A DNA stretch of 63,015 nt, filler included, from Globobulimina sp. (GCA_003354225.1; 57 parts of 57 records of this genome joined end to end with filler, not necessarily neighbours in it); one strand, 5' to 3'. Positions 26,489 to 38,193 are shown, counted from the first letter of the whole stretch. The notes: a model not told the origin generated them from the letters alone. Numbers and translations are program-made.

Positions 26489-26589
26489 CNNNNNNNNNNN
26501 NNNNNNNNNNNNNNNNNNNNNNNNNNNNNNNNNTTAATTAATTAANNNNNNNNNNNNNNNNNNNNNNNNNNNNNNNNNNNNNNNNNNNN

Positions 26590-27596
26590 CTATCCCCATC
26601 CAAATCCACTAATATCCAAACACAGATCATCAACGACCCCAATCCTAAGAAAAACACCAAAACCACCAATCCCCACACCATCCGACACAGACACACCGTC
26701 ACCGTCACCTCCTCCCAAGAGTACAATTTCTGTTTCCATCCGAACCCTAACCAACGAAGTCCTGCACTTTGAAATGAAACCCGAGGATACCGTTAAAATG
26801 ATCAAAAACAACATCTATACGCAACACAAAATATGGCCCTCCCATCAACGCCTAATATATGGCGGTGACAACTTAGTCGATAAACATCGCTTAAATATGT
26901 TAAAGATTGGCAATGATGCCATATTATATCTGGTACTAACCACAATATGCAGCAATACAGAGCCACCCAAAAAAATCGCCATACAGAAACTAAACGGCGA
27001 CGTATTTTATATTTCGTGCACCAGCGATGATACGGTGCAGGCTTTGAAACGGACCATATGTAACCAGGAAGGCTACGAAATAGAGTCGCAAATATTGTAT
27101 TTTCGATATAACAAATTAGAGAATACGCAGACTTTGGCCACCTACAATATACAAAACAACTCCTTGTTGAAAATGATGGTTAGGAATACACGTTTTGATA
27201 ATTATAAAGATGAGGAGGACGAAGAGGAGGAGGAGGAAGAGGAAGAGGTCAAATTAAAACCATTCAGCCCTCAAAACGAACCAGATTCAAATTCAGTGTC
27301 AAAGCAAGTACCAATTGCACCCATTGTGCCTGTACCATCCATGCCGGCGCCACCAGCAAATAATATAAAGTCAGCACCGGTTATGCCTGTTGGCCCTGTG
27401 CCGTCTGTGAGTGTGCCAATTGTGCCATTGCCAAATGTCAAAGCATCCGATTCAAACCAACCACAACCACGACCACCGCATGTACCATTACCGCCGCCTT
27501 TGCCGTTGCCGTTACACCCATTGGAACCGATAAAAGATGAAAAAAAGCAACAATTAGCCGAAGCAAAAGGAAATATAACGGGCGCACCTGATTTGC
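26590..27596 (+). CDS. Protein with two ubiquitin-like domains, acidic run and Pro-rich region, partial
   Basis: PEDTVKMIK..PSHQRLIYGG; SDDTVQALK..QILYF..LATYNIQNNSLL. Confidence 0.85.
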
Positions 27597-27992
27597 NNNN
27601 NNNNNNNNNNNNNNNNNNNNNNNNNNNNNNNNNNNNNNNNTTAATTAATTAANNNNNNNNNNNNNNNNNNNNNNNNNNNNNNNNNNNNNNNNNNNNAACG
27701 TCAAAATAAAAAACACTTATTTCATCTTTTCTTTTTACCTATTATTATTTTATGTAAATATTAGAATTTTTTGATTGGTTTAAGTTTTTGATTGGTTGTC
27801 AGAAACGTTGAGAGCAAATGAATCACTGCGATTTAAAAGCTTAGAACCCGGCATTTCAGGAATTTATTGCCATAATTGATAAATATTGTAAATAAATGAT
27901 ACTGTGATTGATGTTGTGTATGAATTGACACTTCTTCTTGCTTTCGCCATGAATTAAACAGAAGTTTTTGACAATTTAAGTCAATTTTGCAG

Positions 27993-28597
27993 AATCTACA
28001 TTTAACTCTTCAAGATCAAATGTACGGCCAACGTTTCTCGCCCAACTCTCATTATACATCACCTCCCGTAATTCCTGGTGCAAGATTTGGATCTTACCAA
28101 CAACCACAACAACAACAACAACAAATGTTTCATCCTACACAGCAATTCGCACAGTTTAATCAAGGACAATATGAACAACAACAACAACAACAAATGTTTC
28201 TTCCCTATCCACCAAATCAAGTTCATCAACAGCCTTTTCATAACTATGCAGCGCCTAATTTCCATCCAAATCCACCAAACCCACCAATAAATTATGCCAT
28301 AAACCATGCACATGAAAATTCTATGAGTATGAAAGTGTTTTTGCGTTTGAAATTTGTATTTTTTTATATAAACAAATAACAAAATTTACAGTACAATTTG
28401 CAGCAAACGTCGCTGCAAAATCTGCAGTCATTGCAATAAATACATATGAAAGCAATAAATATTCAGCGCATCCTCCAAACCAACAAAAATCCAAAAATGT
28501 GAATGTAGCACCATTGGAAGCTAAGATAAATACAAAACAACCAACTACAAATAATATGGCATGGGATTCATCAGAAACATCATCCAAAACCTGTATG
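27993..28597 (+). CDS. Q/P-rich low-complexity protein, spliced
   Basis: Poly-Q ORF with GT-AG boundaries. Confidence 0.4.
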
Positions 28598-28615
28598 TAC
28601 ATTATAACAAAAACA

Positions 28616-28690
28616 TAAATCTTAAATTCTTAAATCATAAATTCTTAAATCATAAATTCTTAAATCATAAATTCATAAATCATAACATAA
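28616..28690. repeat. 15-bp minisatellite (AAATTCTTAAATCAT)n
   Basis: About four consecutive copies. Confidence 0.85.
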
Positions 28691-28909
28691 ACAATGAGTG
28701 CTANNNNNNNNNNNNNNNNNNNNNNNNNNNNNNNNNNNNNNNNNNNNTTAATTAATTAANNNNNNNNNNNNNNNNNNNNNNNNNNNNNNNNNNNNNNNNN
28801 NNNAGGTAGATGGCAACACAAAGTGCATAGAAACGCTAAATGGAGGCATGGATGAATGTGGTTGTTTCACTTTAATGTGTTATCAACTAAAAAACTATAT
28901 ACGTTGAAT

Positions 28910-29810
28910 CATGGCTCAATCTTCTCAACAATTTGGCTACGAAATCATCCCAAAGGTATTTTTGACAAATTTCGGACTGAAAGCATTTGTATAATTTTGT
29001 TTTGTTTTATTTTATTTTGTCTAGATTGGTGATGTGGTTTTATTACAACAAACCATTGCCACAGTAATGTATATTGGCCCAGTTCACTGGAATAGCAATA
29101 AAAATTTGCTACATGTTGGTCTTGAATTGCTTGATCAAATTCAAAATGGTCATAATGGCACATATGATAATATGATATATTTTAAATGCAAACTAAAACA
29201 TGGCATCATTTTACCCCTCACCACAATCATAAAAATAATATCTCCAAAAGAATTATTAAATAAATTATCTGCATTTAAAGCAAAAGTCCATATTTTAAAC
29301 AACGAAACACAAAAATTGAAACAAGACATCTGTAAACTGTCACAAATAAACAATGATATAATCGCCGATGACGAAGATACAAAACATGCAGAAATTATAA
29401 CAAATGAGAATAAAATAAGTGATGTTTATGCTATTTACGATTATGACACATTAAAAAATGAATTTAACGAAATAAAAAAACAAAAAAATGAGATATCCAA
29501 CAAATTGGATGCAATGAAAGAAAAAACAGAATCGATGGAGCAAAGCAAAACAAATGAAATCAATAAATTAACAGAAACGTTAAACATAACACAAAACGAA
29601 ATGAAAACACAAACACAGAAAATAAAACAGTTAATCCAACAAAAAAACGTATTAATTTCGGAAAATAACAACTTTGAAAATTCTCAGAAACAGCTAATAA
29701 ATCAACACAAGTCCGACAAAAACGAGTTATTACAAATTAGTGAAACACAAGAAAATGAGCTCCAAGTTCGAAAACAGTCAAATGATGAATCAAAAAACGA
29801 CATTAATTTG
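28910..29810 (+). CDS. CAP-Gly domain plus coiled-coil protein, partial
   Basis: VMYIGPVHW..VGLEL..GHNGTYDNMIYFKC..KHGI followed by heptad repeats; intron ~28956-29024. Confidence 0.85.
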
Positions 29811-29910
29811 NNNNNNNNNNNNNNNNNNNNNNNNNNNNNNNNNNNNNNNNNNNNTTAATTAATTAANNNNNNNNNNNNNNNNNNNNNNNNNNNNNNNNNN
29901 NNNNNNNNNN

Positions 29911-30917
29911 GGCAGTTTGAAACAATTTATCCATTCTCTGCGGATCCACAGTCAACGTCTCATTTTTATCCCGGAAATATTTCAATGTCTTCTCCTTCAT
30001 CGCCGGCACAATGCTGGCTATCAATATCTTTTCCAACGCATTGAGCGCATTAAACTCATTCAATGCGCAATAATCATCGGCCAACGCCTCGACATCATTC
30101 AATAAATACAAATCAATCACATCCTTATACAATTTGCACGACACCAAATTCTGGACTATATTTTCAAAGAACTGCCTATCCTTAAAATAAATAAACAAAT
30201 TCAACTCATGACACATATAATCCTCATACTTATCCATCTTCTCCTCATCGTTATATCTATCCCATCCATGCAAAAACGACCATTTCTCTTTCAACTCAGT
30301 GTTGCCTGAGATAGTCTGCAACAAATTGAATAAATCATTGACTGTCTGGTAAGTCTCCACCGTCGATGTCAAATAATCCGCTATCGCAAACTCTTCATTT
30401 TCAGCATATAATATCGCAATCTCTCGTTGCTCGGTAAAGGATTTATTCACATCCAACCCAGGGAACAACCGAGTGTCCCGATAACTGAACACAGGGCCGG
30501 TCACACTTTGAAATTGCGCCCGTTGTTGTTTCTCTTCCTTCTCATCCACAGACGCGGCGATGTCAGTTACTTCTCTTTCAGCCGCATTCTCCAACACAAA
30601 TGACTTAATAGCCACATGTTGCTCATCCATGGCAATGACCCGCAACAAATTATGATTCAAACCGCCCCCGTTATCATCCAACACCTTGCCATCAATCCGC
30701 ACCATCCCCTTTTCGTCGGGTTGCAAATTACATAAAATCAAAGCAGTGTCGCCTACAAATTCTAACGTGGCACGATCCTGGTTCGGGGCGAACGATATCT
30801 TGTCTTCTCTGAGATTTTTGCGCATTTTGCCGCCATAATCCTGTGCCGATACGTCCGCCATCCGATGTCGTTCCACCTCGTCGCCTTTTTTAGCGTATTG
30901 CTTCTTTGTCTCAGTGG
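29911..30917 (-). CDS. Fragment of a large conserved hypothetical protein (family recalled from protists and Planctomycetes)
   Basis: Open across the contig; KYEDYMCHELNLFIYFKDRQFF..KDVIDLYLL..LNALEKIL. Confidence 0.55.
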
Positions 30918-31280
30918 NNNNNNNNNNNNNNNNNNNNNNNNNNNNNNNNNNNNNNNNNNNNTTAATTAATTAANNNNNNNNNNNNNNNNNNNNNNNNNNN
31001 NNNNNNNNNNNNNNNNNAGGAAACCTAGGCTCGCAACAAATATGTTCAGATAACGTTATTTCCTTTATTATGTTCAGATAACGTTTTCGTGTGTGTTTTT
31101 CCTTTATTATGTGTACTTTGTGTGTGTTTTCGCATAAAGTTTTTAAGCAAAACATCAACAACTTTTCTCTTTTACCTTTGAATATATTTCCTGTTTATAC
31201 GATTTACGAAAGATACAACAAGTCTATTATATTCTATATATAATCAAACACAACCTCGCTTCGCTCGGTGCGAAAAAATC

Positions 31281-31568
31281 ATGTTATCTCGTCTTTGTTT
31301 AACCTCGCATATTGCTAGAATTGAGGCATCACGTTTATGTTATTGTTGTTATCGATTTAAAAGTTCAAAATCTGGTGCACCATCGGGAAATAATAATAAA
31401 TCGGATCAAATGAATCCAAATAATCCAACATATTTTAAAGGACATGGATGGGGTTCAAGACCTGATAATTTTAAAAGTCATACGCCTCAAAGTGGAAATA
31501 ATAGAGCCGATCAAATGAATCCAAACAATCCAAAAGGTGGCAGTCCATCCACTGATAAAAAAAAATGA
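31281..31568 (+). CDS. Small protein with two N-x-x-DQMNPNNP repeats and presequence-like N-terminus
   Basis: Complete 95-aa ORF; R/S/L-rich N-terminus. Confidence 0.6.
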   Translation: MLSRLCLTSHIARIEASRLCYCCYRFKSSKSGAPSGNNNKSDQMNPNNPTYFKGHGWGSRPDNFKSHTPQSGNNRADQMNPNNPKGGSPSTDKKK

Positions 31569-32508
31569 AATAAATAATTCAGACCTGGTGAGAAGTTAAA
31601 TATGTACAAACTACAAAATTGAGCATATTCGCACTTTTCGGAAATTTTTTTGTATACATAAATAATATAATAATAATTACAATTTACATGCAAAATTTGT
31701 ATACACTGCAAAAAAGCAGCATACTACGTACCAACGAGCAATAATTGCGTTGGTTTGATGTTTGTTACTATAATAAATACTATAGTAATTATAAATTATG
31801 ATAGAGTTTAATTATAAGCAAATCTTATATGATAAAAATATTGGATTTTTGGCACCGAATGTTTTGTCGGTAGAATTAAATTCGAAACATATCAAGACAA
31901 CATTATCTTTGCATAAAACTCAGATGTGGCATAAAACTCAGAGACTGGTTGCTGAATATTGCATTTTGTGCATTTGCTTTGATTGGTGCTAATTCTTCGG
32001 ACATGCAGAAGATATAGTTTTCGCNNNNNNNNNNNNNNNNNNNNNNNNNNNNNNNNNNNNNNNNNNNNTTAATTAATTAANNNNNNNNNNNNNNNNNNNN
32101 NNNNNNNNNNNNNNNNNNNNNNNNTGCGTCTTGTACCGTTTCAACAAAACAATCGTATGATTTTATTTCTTGTGGCTGAATGTTGGTGCAAATTATTGAA
32201 GAATTCAGTGAATGTGATTTTAACTTACCATGATTGAACTTTGTTGAATGGAAATATCAACAAACGTATGTGAGCAGATTAAAGCCGAGAGGATGTAATG
32301 GAATTTGATGTTTGGTGAAGCTGAAAAAAAAACGTTTTTAAATGAATATATTTACAAACTATTCAAGTAGAGATGGTTGTGAAAATGACAACTAGTACTA
32401 TTGCGCTAATTTATTGTGGTGAGCGAGTAACTCCGAAAGTTGAAGTCCGACCACAACTTAACAAAAAATAAAGGGAAAAATTCACTAAAAAAAACAATTC
32501 ACTGTATT

Positions 32509-32769
32509 ATGAAAACAATGCTTGAGGAGTACACAGTATTATCAAAACGATCGTTTGCTACATATGTTGCAGTGATCGGTGTGACAGCGGCCATCACTAC
32601 CTCGGTGAATGATTTTATGTGGAATTATTATAGAAATCAAATGGGTGACCGGCATCCATACCTAAGTATGGTGTTACATAGTAAAGCAGTGGCCGCTGGT
32701 ATTGCTGTTGTAGGTTTTTGGGCCGCTTTATTTTTTATCAAGCAAAATTTGGCAGTACAATGGGTATGA
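32509..32769 (+). CDS. Small 2-TM membrane protein
   Basis: Two hydrophobic segments in a short ORF. Confidence 0.4.
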   Translation: MKTMLEEYTVLSKRSFATYVAVIGVTAAITTSVNDFMWNYYRNQMGDRHPYLSMVLHSKAVAAGIAVVGFWAALFFIKQNLAVQWV

Positions 32770-32877
32770 AATACTTGCTTATTTTCTGGAAACTTCTTTG
32801 TTTTAAATATTCGTTTGTTTACAGAGACACGGAGTGGAAGAGAGTTGTGGGATTTGTAGTGGTTTTAATCTGGAATA

Positions 32878-33131
32878 TCAAAATGGTAAACTCAAATCAA
32901 AATGGTAATTATAATTGCCGGGGCTAACAGATGCAACTTTGTATTCTTCTACCAATTTGCCTTGAACATTGTAAATATTTATTGTTACAGAACTTTTTTC
33001 TTTAATAGAATAAAGAATGTTTGATTCAGGATTAAATGGATTTGGATAGTTCTGTAATAATTTATATTCATATATTGATTCTTCAAAAACCCTCTCTATA
33101 CTTTCAACTGATTTATTAGCTGCAGTCATTG
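32878..33131 (-). CDS. Bacterial T9SS type A / FlgD-like C-terminal domain, truncated
   Basis: LLQNYPNPFNP..V.INIYNVQGKLV signature of FCB-group secreted proteins. Confidence 0.85.
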
Positions 33132-33231
33132 NNNNNNNNNNNNNNNNNNNNNNNNNNNNNNNNNNNNNNNNNNNNTTAATTAATTAANNNNNNNNNNNNN
33201 NNNNNNNNNNNNNNNNNNNNNNNNNNNNNNN

Positions 33232-34140
33232 GCCCATGACGACCGCAATGACTGTCAAATTGGTGACAAATGAACTAAGATTAGATACATTATTTATAAA
33301 ATTAAATAAGTTGGCATCCGGAGGCGTTAATATATTAAACGTCAAAGTGTTACAACAGCTGTGGACGGTACGCAACGTCATCAAACTAACCGCGCCGTTG
33401 ACAAAGTTTATTAATATGGTAATGAATGGTAACCTGCCCGACGTCATAGGTCCTCATTTCTGGGGCGTTCGGGAGGTTTTATTAAACAAACCCATTAAAA
33501 AAGGGGCTCCGGTAAATACTAAACCGGACATTCGACCCATTGGCATATCAGATACATTGGCACGTTTATCAGAGTCAGAAGCATGTACTATAAACAAAAC
33601 AGAGTTAAATAAGAATATCGACCCTGCTCAGATTGGAATTGGTGTCAAAGGCGGGGCCGAAGGCATGATTGAAATGCACCGTCGAGCCGCTTGGTTCATG
33701 CAACATTCGCGCGGCTATAAACCAGTAATAAATCCATCCTCCGACGATGACATTGATATTGATTCAGAAAAGGATTCAGATTTTTATAGTTTGCTGCAAA
33801 CCGACATCGAAAATTGTTTTAATTCAATCAATAACGAAGAAGCATTAAAATTATATGCCAAACATGTCCCAAATCTGTACCCATTGATGTTTAGTATGTA
33901 TAAGCAACCAACTAAAATATATTTGGCTGACGGTACAGTTTATATCATCGCAATGGCGGCATTCAAGGCAGAATAACCTCCGGTTATAGTTTGGCGTTGA
34001 TCCAATATGAAATTGAGCTGAGAGTCAAAGAAAAATGCAAATCTTATTTAAATAATTACAAAATAAATGGTCGTTCGTATTATATCGATGATAATGGACA
34101 ATTGGCGAAGAATATATTCAATTTAATTTATTTGAGAGTA
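33232..34140 (+). mobile_element. CRE/SLACS-like (RLE-clade) non-LTR reverse transcriptase, frameshifted and truncated
   Basis: DIRPIGISDTLARL, QIGIGVKGGAE, TDIENCFNSI; continues in the -1 frame as GGIQG...YYIDD. Confidence 0.85.
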
Positions 34141-34338
34141 TATAACCTAGGAGGGGGCAAGCCCCTAAAACCCTAGAGGAATTTTTAATCCATGAAAAAG
34201 AGAATAATCCATGAAAAATGAGAATAATCCAGGAAAAANNNNNNNNNNNNNNNNNNNNNNNNNNNNNNNNNNNNNNNNNNNNTTAATTAATTAANNNNNN
34301 NNNNNNNNNNNNNNNNNNNNNNNNNNNNNNNNNNNNNN

Positions 34339-34808
34339 CCTTTGCCCGGATTCCTTTTCTTCACATATTTTAAAATTGCCTCTATCGATGCATTTGTAGA
34401 CCATGACGATTTTATCCCACATAATTGTGCCACAAAATCAATCGCTCTCATCTTATTTCTTATCGTTTTATAACAGTTTATTCTTTTTCTAATAAAACAG
34501 CAATTTACAATGTAAATTTGCAATATCGCATCATCAATAGGAAAATTCCAAACCCATTTATCTGGAATGTTCAATCTCCTCATCGTTCTCCAGAATTCCA
34601 AGAAATTATCTTGATAAGTTCCCTCCGACGATGCCTTAATTCCACCATTTAAAGTTATTAATAATATGTCCCGATATATTGATGATACTAAATCAAATAC
34701 CGGACTTTCAAACTTCTGTCGTCTTACTGTGTGTTTTTGAAAATAAAAAACATGTAAGTTCAGGCCCCCTTTAGTAAGGACGAAGGATGGCACCTTCAGA
34801 CTGTTCAA
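34339..34808 (-). mobile_element. Tyrosine recombinase N-terminal region of a DIRS-like retrotransposon
   Basis: GIKASSEGTYQ..F, ILQIYI, YKTIRNKMRAI; same strand, directly downstream of a DIRS-type RNase H. Confidence 0.65.
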
Positions 34809-34913
34809 TATATGTGATATTGATAACTATGTATTCAATTTATTCAAAGCGTATATTTATTCAAGTTATAATCTGAAATAACAACATATCATTTTTATAC
34901 TTATTCACCATTA

Positions 34914-35345
34914 TTACCATTGATGTAAATCTGGAAAAGTGAATGGTGCCGAGAATGGTGTTAATTCCCAATTATTCTTATTACATATTTTTAAAGCCAA
35001 TTTACTGAATTCATCCATGTCAAATCTTGATGCCAAATCTGGCAAATTATTTAATTTTGTATTCACATAATTTACATATACCTGCATATCATTAATGACA
35101 CACCACATACATATCCATCGTAGACACGATTGTAAGAATTCATCCGCCGAATTCTTGTCCATCAATACAGACTCAACGTGCATATTATCCGTTTTTAATA
35201 ACAATTTCGTTTTCGGACGAAATAAGTGTTTAAATGTATGTAAACCCACAACAATTGCAATCATTTCAAAATGAGCAATTGCAAAATCTGTCTCATATTC
35301 TTCTCTATGTGATATGAAAACATTTGTATACTTTTTAGGCACCGG
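34914..35345 (-). mobile_element. DIRS1-type RNase H (end of pol ORF)
   Basis: IAHFEMIAI, LKTDNMHV, YVNTKLNNLPDLASR. Confidence 0.85.
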
Positions 35346-35445
35346 NNNNNNNNNNNNNNNNNNNNNNNNNNNNNNNNNNNNNNNNNNNNTTAATTAATTA
35401 ANNNNNNNNNNNNNNNNNNNNNNNNNNNNNNNNNNNNNNNNNNNN

Positions 35446-35901
35446 GTAAATAATGAACAATCAGAATTTGGTTCATTACAGTTACAAATAAATGCATTAA
35501 ATCATAAATTTCGAGGACGATTTCAAGAAAGGGATAAGAAATTTGGTGATCGCAAAGGAAATGGCTTTGGTGATCGCAAAGGGAATGGCAATGGTAATGG
35601 ATATAAACCAAAATGTAAACATGGAAAGGCATGTCGTTATGGATTAAATTGCAAATTCTATCATTTTCCGGATCAAATCAAGGCATTTAAAGCTCGGAAA
35701 GAGGTCGGAAATGAGCAAGGAAACCGTAATAATTATAATCGTAATAACAATAACTTTGCGCATCGCAATATTAATAATATCAATGTCATTGAAACAACCC
35801 CAGAAACGACAGAAACGTTAACTGCCACAGTTATGCCAGTCGAAGACCCCTTTGTTATATCAGTGGAAACCGAAGAAGACAATGACTCGGATTTTTACTA
35901 G
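35446..35901 (+). CDS. Gag-like ORF end with CCCH zinc finger (missing from the ORF track)
   Basis: Open from the contig start to TAG at 35899-35901; CKHGKACRYGLNCKFYH (C-x5-C-x5-C-x3-H) between RG- and N-rich segments. Confidence 0.7.
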   Translation, partial: VNNEQSEFGSLQLQINALNHKFRGRFQERDKKFGDRKGNGFGDRKGNGNGNGYKPKCKHGKACRYGLNCKFYHFPDQIKAFKARKEVGNEQGNRNNYNRNNNNFAHRNINNINVIETTPETTETLTATVMPVEDPFVISVETEEDNDSDFY

Positions 35902-36332
35902 ACCCAAGTAAGTCTATAAACTGCTATTCCACGATTGCGAATATCAGAAAGTATTCAAAACCACCCTCGAGATATAAAAAAGAATCAGTAAATCATATAA
36001 ATTTCGGAAAACGGATCAAAGAAAGATATGATTTGAAGAAAGATCTGTATACAAATAATAAATTAGTGCAGTTGAATGAAGATGAAACTATTAAAAAACT
36101 TCAAATTATGCGTATTATTCGAAGGCAAGGATGTAAGGACAATTTAGTTAAATGGTTGCAATGGATACCAGGCGATACATGCGACGTATATTCGTGTAGC
36201 AAGAAATTATGGCTTCCTGGCTTCGTATTTAATGCATCGAAGACACATTTAACTGTCAAATATGATATATATAGCAAACAAACATTGAAAAAGAACATTT
36301 ATATAAATGAAGCACATAAATATCTGCGATGA
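35889..36332 (+). CDS. -1-frame ORF with Tudor/Agenet-like domain
   Basis: Open from GGATTTT at 35889; [26 protein letters not shown]. Confidence 0.55.
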   Translation, partial: GFLLDPSKSINCYSTIANIRKYSKPPSRYKKESVNHINFGKRIKERYDLKKDLYTNNKLVQLNEDETIKKLQIMRIIRRQGCKDNLVKWLQWIPGDTCDVYSCSKKLWLPGFVFNASKTHLTVKYDIYSKQTLKKNIYINEAHKYLR

Positions 36333-36343
36333 AGCACATAAAT

Positions 36344-36452
36344 TTAGATATATTCACAAACAAAGAAATATAGGCATTAGCGCCCACATCGACTCCGGGA
36401 AAACCACCCTCACAGAGCGGATACTTTACTACACAAATAAAATTTTTGCCAT
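36344..36452 (+). CDS. Elongation factor G N-terminal fragment (mitochondrial EF-G1 or bacterial type)
   Basis: [24 protein letters not shown]. Confidence 0.9.
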
Positions 36453-36552
36453 NNNNNNNNNNNNNNNNNNNNNNNNNNNNNNNNNNNNNNNNNNNNTTAA
36501 TTAATTAANNNNNNNNNNNNNNNNNNNNNNNNNNNNNNNNNNNNNNNNNNNN

Positions 36553-37559
36553 CAATGTATGAAATTATGGCAGACCGATACTTGTAATATGCACCATAAT
36601 TATTATGATGTTATCAATGCTTATTTTGGTGAGTTACGCACAGCAGAATATTCCACCAATTACCTGACCAGTACGACACCGGACCCCTTTGTGGATCTAT
36701 CCATTGATACCCGCTACGCCGACACAAATTACATGAAACAGCGCGGTTCGTCCTACAGACAACCAATGGATACATGCAACGAATATGTAGAATATGGACG
36801 GAAACATTCGTATAAATATAAATGCCACAAAGATGGCTCAAATTCGTATAGATTTACAAAGCGTAAATGGAAGAATAAAGCTCATTGTGATGATGACGGA
36901 GACGACGCGGACGAGGAAGATGATGTAGAGGTCGGTCCTGATGACGGTATCTGCGAATATGATGAACATTTGGTGGTGAAAATATGTAAAGTTAATTGTT
37001 TTGTAGATGATGATCATTGGGAACAGAAATCTGTAATATTGGAGAATTGCATTCAAATAAACAATCAGCAAAATAGTATCTATGTTGAATGCCTTAGTGG
37101 TTATACGGTGACGTATTATTATTACAGTTAAACTTAATATGCTCAAATTAAATGATTTACGTTTGTTGTGGTACAAACATACAAATATATAGATAATGAC
37201 TGTACACATTTCGATCATAAAGAAAATTGGTATGGCAAAAATTGTGAGTCCCGATTTTCAAAATATTTCATCAAATGTAATCCAGATTATAATGTTACTA
37301 CTACCAAATCTCCGGCGTCGTATTATACACCAAAGCCGACTTTAAAAAAACCTACATATTTTCCCACGTTTTCCCCTTCGATTTTGAGCATAAAACCGAC
37401 TGTGACTCCAAGTATAAACCCGACAGATAGTCCTAGTGTTTTTGACAGTTTATCTCCGAGTATAGTCCCTACAGTTACACCTACAAAATCTACCTCTACA
37501 AATCCTACAATATCCCCTCTTACATTGTCTCCATTTATTAATCCTACGTCGCCAACACC
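36553..37559 (+). CDS. Cys-rich extracellular protein with PT-rich stalk, spliced, partial
   Basis: Two ORFs joined by an intron ~37127-37192; PT/PS repeats. Confidence 0.6.
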
Positions 37560-38193
37560 NNNNNNNNNNNNNNNNNNNNNNNNNNNNNNNNNNNNNNNNN
37601 NNNTTAATTAATTAANNNNNNNNNNNNNNNNNNNNNNNNNNNNNNNNNNNNNNNNNNNNTAAATATAAAGAAAAAGAAAAAGACAATGATATGGGTATTG
37701 ATAATGATCGATGGCAGCCTCAACAAAGAAGTAAGAAAAGGAAGAGAGAGAATGTAATGAATGAAACAGTGTTAAAGAGACAGAGAATAAGGGATAGGGA
37801 GATCGATAGAGATAAATCAAACAGAATGGATGATGATGGTAATGATAGATGGAAACCATCCGTGTATTCAGAATCATCAAAACCTGATTATTATCATTCA
37901 CACCATTCACATTCTACGCGTTCAGATTATAAGAAATACAGAAATGTGAGTGGCAAAATACAGTTTGAACAAGAAACTCAAAAAGATAAATACAGGAAAA
38001 GTACAAGAAACGAATACTTGGACATAAATTATTAGATGATGCAGATGAATTGTATTAAAACCTTGCATTGTTCTTATTATTATTATCTATTACAAAATAA
38101 TCTTCGTACTCGAAGATTTAGTTCATTTACATAACAGAAAGTACTATTTGGCACCGACATCGGAACAATACAGTTTTTTTTTAGTTGTTGATA

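Noticed and set aside
33232-36452. RT, YR/RNase H and gag-like ORFs in consecutive contigs as one composite retroelement
   Set aside because: Separated by linkers, ordered only by length, and from different element classes
36307-36452. Genuine Tudor-EF-G fusion gene
   Set aside because: Different frames and a 15-bp duplication at the join suggest a chimera
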